Positions 61,482 through 64,000 of a DNA stretch of 64,000 bases are shown one piece after another (the first letter of the stretch is position 1; every line of letters begins with the position of its first letter). The notes beneath the pieces were generated by a model, which worked only from the letters and a program-made list of their open reading frames with translations, searched no databases and had not been told where the DNA came from. Both the position numbers and the translations under genes were made by a program. This stretch comes from Laetmonice hystrix (taxonomy: Eukaryota): the NCBI GenBank assembly GCA_965235115.1, contig OZ249436.1:53012001-53076000 (forward strand), in the 5' to 3' direction.

Positions 61482-63040
61482 TTGGTCGCCAAAGTGGGCG
61501 AGTGTCGCAGACGTTTTTGTCGACCACTCCAAGACTTGGTTGCCTCGGGCAATAATGGGCGACTGTCCGTTTGCAGCACTGGTCTACGTCCAGAGATGTC
61601 GAATTTCTCAGATATTGTGACTTATATTATTGTCATTTATCCACTGAATCAATGTCAACAACATGGCAAATGGTGTGAATCGATGACAGTGTTGCTCTCA
61701 CGGAATTTCCATGACCCTCACAGATTTTGCCTACTGTAGGCCTAAATGCACCCTTTCCCTCCTAAGAGTTCAATTTTTTTTCGGAAGAGCATCCCCTGGA
61801 CCCCCCCCCCCCAGTATGGCTTCGTACCTCCGGTGCTCGCCATGCTCACGGAATTTGTTTTCTCCAGGTTGGCAACACTGCAATGATATGCAGTCATGAT
61901 GATTAGGTTGTCTTGATTCTGCTGGTTCGGTTCGATCTCAATGACGTGAGCTAAGGGGGCAACCATTAGATATTTGAGGGGGGGCCTGGGTTTTTTCTTG
62001 GGAATTCTTTTTTTAATTTCAAAGAGTGGACTGCATCAATTATTTTTTTCCAACCCTCACCCTCTTCATTTCACACGAGACTCATTATTTATTTCCAGAT
62101 CTAATAACACATTATCAGTGTTTGAAATTCATAAAAAGAATGAACAGGCCCAGATGTATTTTTTCAACTGGCTCTGTTCTATTTTGAACTGGCCTTGCTG
62201 AGTTTGAAATGGCCCTTACAAAACAATGCCACATTAACATTTTCTGCACACATGTATGTTCTTTATTTTTTGAGATGCTCTTTAATAATTGTTGTGGCCT
62301 CCCTGGCTGTGCACTGCCTTCTTACACACATTCTTTATTCTTTGAGATGATATTGCTCTTGTTGTTACCTCCTTGGGTACATGCTAAGTCTGAAAATAAG
62401 ATGAGTGTCCCTGTGGTTGTGCCTTCTTAGTTCTTTTGTTATCTTGGGCCAAGTTGGGGTAATGCCACCATGGGTTGAACAATTTAGCCATATCTGGGGA
62501 GTAGCCATTACTATCTGTGTCAAAAAGACTATCTGTCGTTTTAAAACTTTGGAATGGATCTGGTGGCCAAGAATCTGGTGGTCTGGTGGATAGTGTCTGA
62601 AGAAAACAGCCAAGGGGATCTATGGTTGTCAATGAAGAAGTGAGCACCACGAGTAGCCATTGATGACCTAGCATAATCTACCAAGTATATACCACTGTAC
62701 TATACTCCCAATGTTAGGCCTGCAGAGGATGAGCATGGTCATGTGTGGAGGGTTCACAGCATGCTGCAGTATGGATAGGACAGAAATAGAAGAAGCTATT
62801 ATTAAAGTTGCATGGTTTCTCCCCCAACTGGGGCAGCAGCCGACCTTCGCAATCTGTTTGTTCACCAGGGGGGAGTTCCTCATCATGTCGTTAGCTTGTA
62901 TCGTTAACTCCAATGTATTTTCAATGGGGATTTTAACGCACGACAGGATAACGATAGATGAGGAACGCACCCCTGGGCCATAATCAGATGACTTAGAACT
63001 TCAAGTTCTTGTGCACTCCCTTTTGGACAGTTACTGTCTT

Positions 63041-63545
63041 CAGGGCTCTCAAAAGTAGCCGGTCACCGGCGGCAAAACACCGTCTAAAGCCGCTTTCACA
63101 TGCATACGGTGTGCGGCGTGCTTTTTTGTTAATAATGTAACAAATGTAAATCGCCGCACGCCGCAAACCGGGGGCATGTGAACGGTTACATCTATTTTCA
63201 GTTGTTCCATTTCTGCAAAAACCGCACGCCGCACGCCACAAACCGTGTGCATGTGAAAGCGGCTTAAAGCAAGTTTTGCCGCCACCTACTTTTTTAACAA
63301 TATTCTTTTTTCACTTTCCTGCACATAGGATCCGCACAAGACCTTAGCATGTACCAAAACAACATGTCAGTGATGACCAATTGCCCAGGCTCTCAGTCTC
63401 AGATGCCAGGAAATTGCATCTCAGGGGGACATTTTTTCAAATTTTTCCGGGGGAGGGCCCTCGGACACCCCCCCCCCCCTCAAGGGCTGTACCCTGCTAC
63501 TTTCTCTTCTGTACCCTGCTACTCCTGCCAACTTTGAGAGCCCTG
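63041..63545. mobile_element. MITE with CAGGGCTCTCAAA TIRs and 7-bp TSD
   Basis: Ends CAGGGCTCTCAAA / TTTGAGAGCCCTG with CTGTCTT on both sides. Confidence 0.82.
63088..63264. mobile_element. PIF/Harbinger MITE nested in 63041-63545
   Basis: TIR AGCCGCTTTCACATGCA / TGCATGTGAAAGCGGCT with TAA TSD. Confidence 0.9.
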
Positions 63546-64000
63546 CTGTCTTACATGTTTAGTGCTCATCACGTTCATAGAACACTACTGGTTGTACAAC
63601 TTGCTGGTGTAAAGAATGCCTTATAAATAAAGTGCTGTGGTAAAGCTAAGGGGTTGCATCAGTTGTAGTAAAAATCAGTTGTAGTAAAAAAAGGTCGGCA
63701 TTTCACCAGCTACTGCACAAAAGGTTGACAAGTACTGTACCTGGGCCTGGCAACTGACTGCACCGGAATCAAATGTTTAAAGGCAGTGTGTTGTTATTTC
63801 GTGAAAGATGGTTTATATAGAGAACCTCTGCAGAGTAATTCAATGGTTTGCATACTTTCCTGGGTGTCATTATAAAAAATGGTCTAAAAACAAAGCGTGA
63901 TGCACGTTTTGCACTTGGCAGTCCAACTCCAAGACCAAGTTGCTCCGAGTCATGTTGCTCTTGATAAAGTTTGAGCTGAGCTCCATTTGTAAATTGGACC

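Larger units (their letters stand above)
59760..61581. mobile_element. CAGTGCTGCAA-family MITE with nested elements
   Basis: TIRs as at 44954-45349, internal homology to that copy in reverse, and GTCTAC flanks. Confidence 0.82.

Noticed and set aside
62365..62983. Cluster of 80-100 aa ORFs on both strands
   Set aside because: No recognisable homology, so a gene call cannot be supported.

Overview
Eukaryotic, intron-rich animal genomic DNA, probably from a marine invertebrate (inferred from gene content and repeat style; the species cannot be determined). No rRNA, tRNA, CRISPR array or autonomous transposase was found. About 1-24.9 kb has no gene I can recognise. It holds a tandem dimer of a hairpin-bearing element, several MITEs, a 2.8-kb 22-bp satellite (source of a spurious 1044-aa ORF) and a 40-bp minisatellite. 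From 25 to 57.6 kb lie four conserved spliced genes whose exons I chained by hand with GT-AG sites and continuous frame: GDE1 (+, 6 coding exons), FLCN (-, 9), FUT11 (-, 2) and SEC24C-like (+, 22). FUT11 and SEC24C are head-to-head here and are also neighbours in human, which suggests ancient microsynteny. Introns and the 58-64 kb region carry nested non-autonomous DNA transposons with 2-, 3-, 5-, 6- and 7-bp target-site duplications (TSDs). I cannot demonstrate a wholly new biological system. The best leads are the FUT11-SEC24C divergent pair, MiT/TFE (CLEAR) motifs upstream of FLCN, a hairpin-core mobile element family, and a long SEC24C intron with candidate regulated exons.
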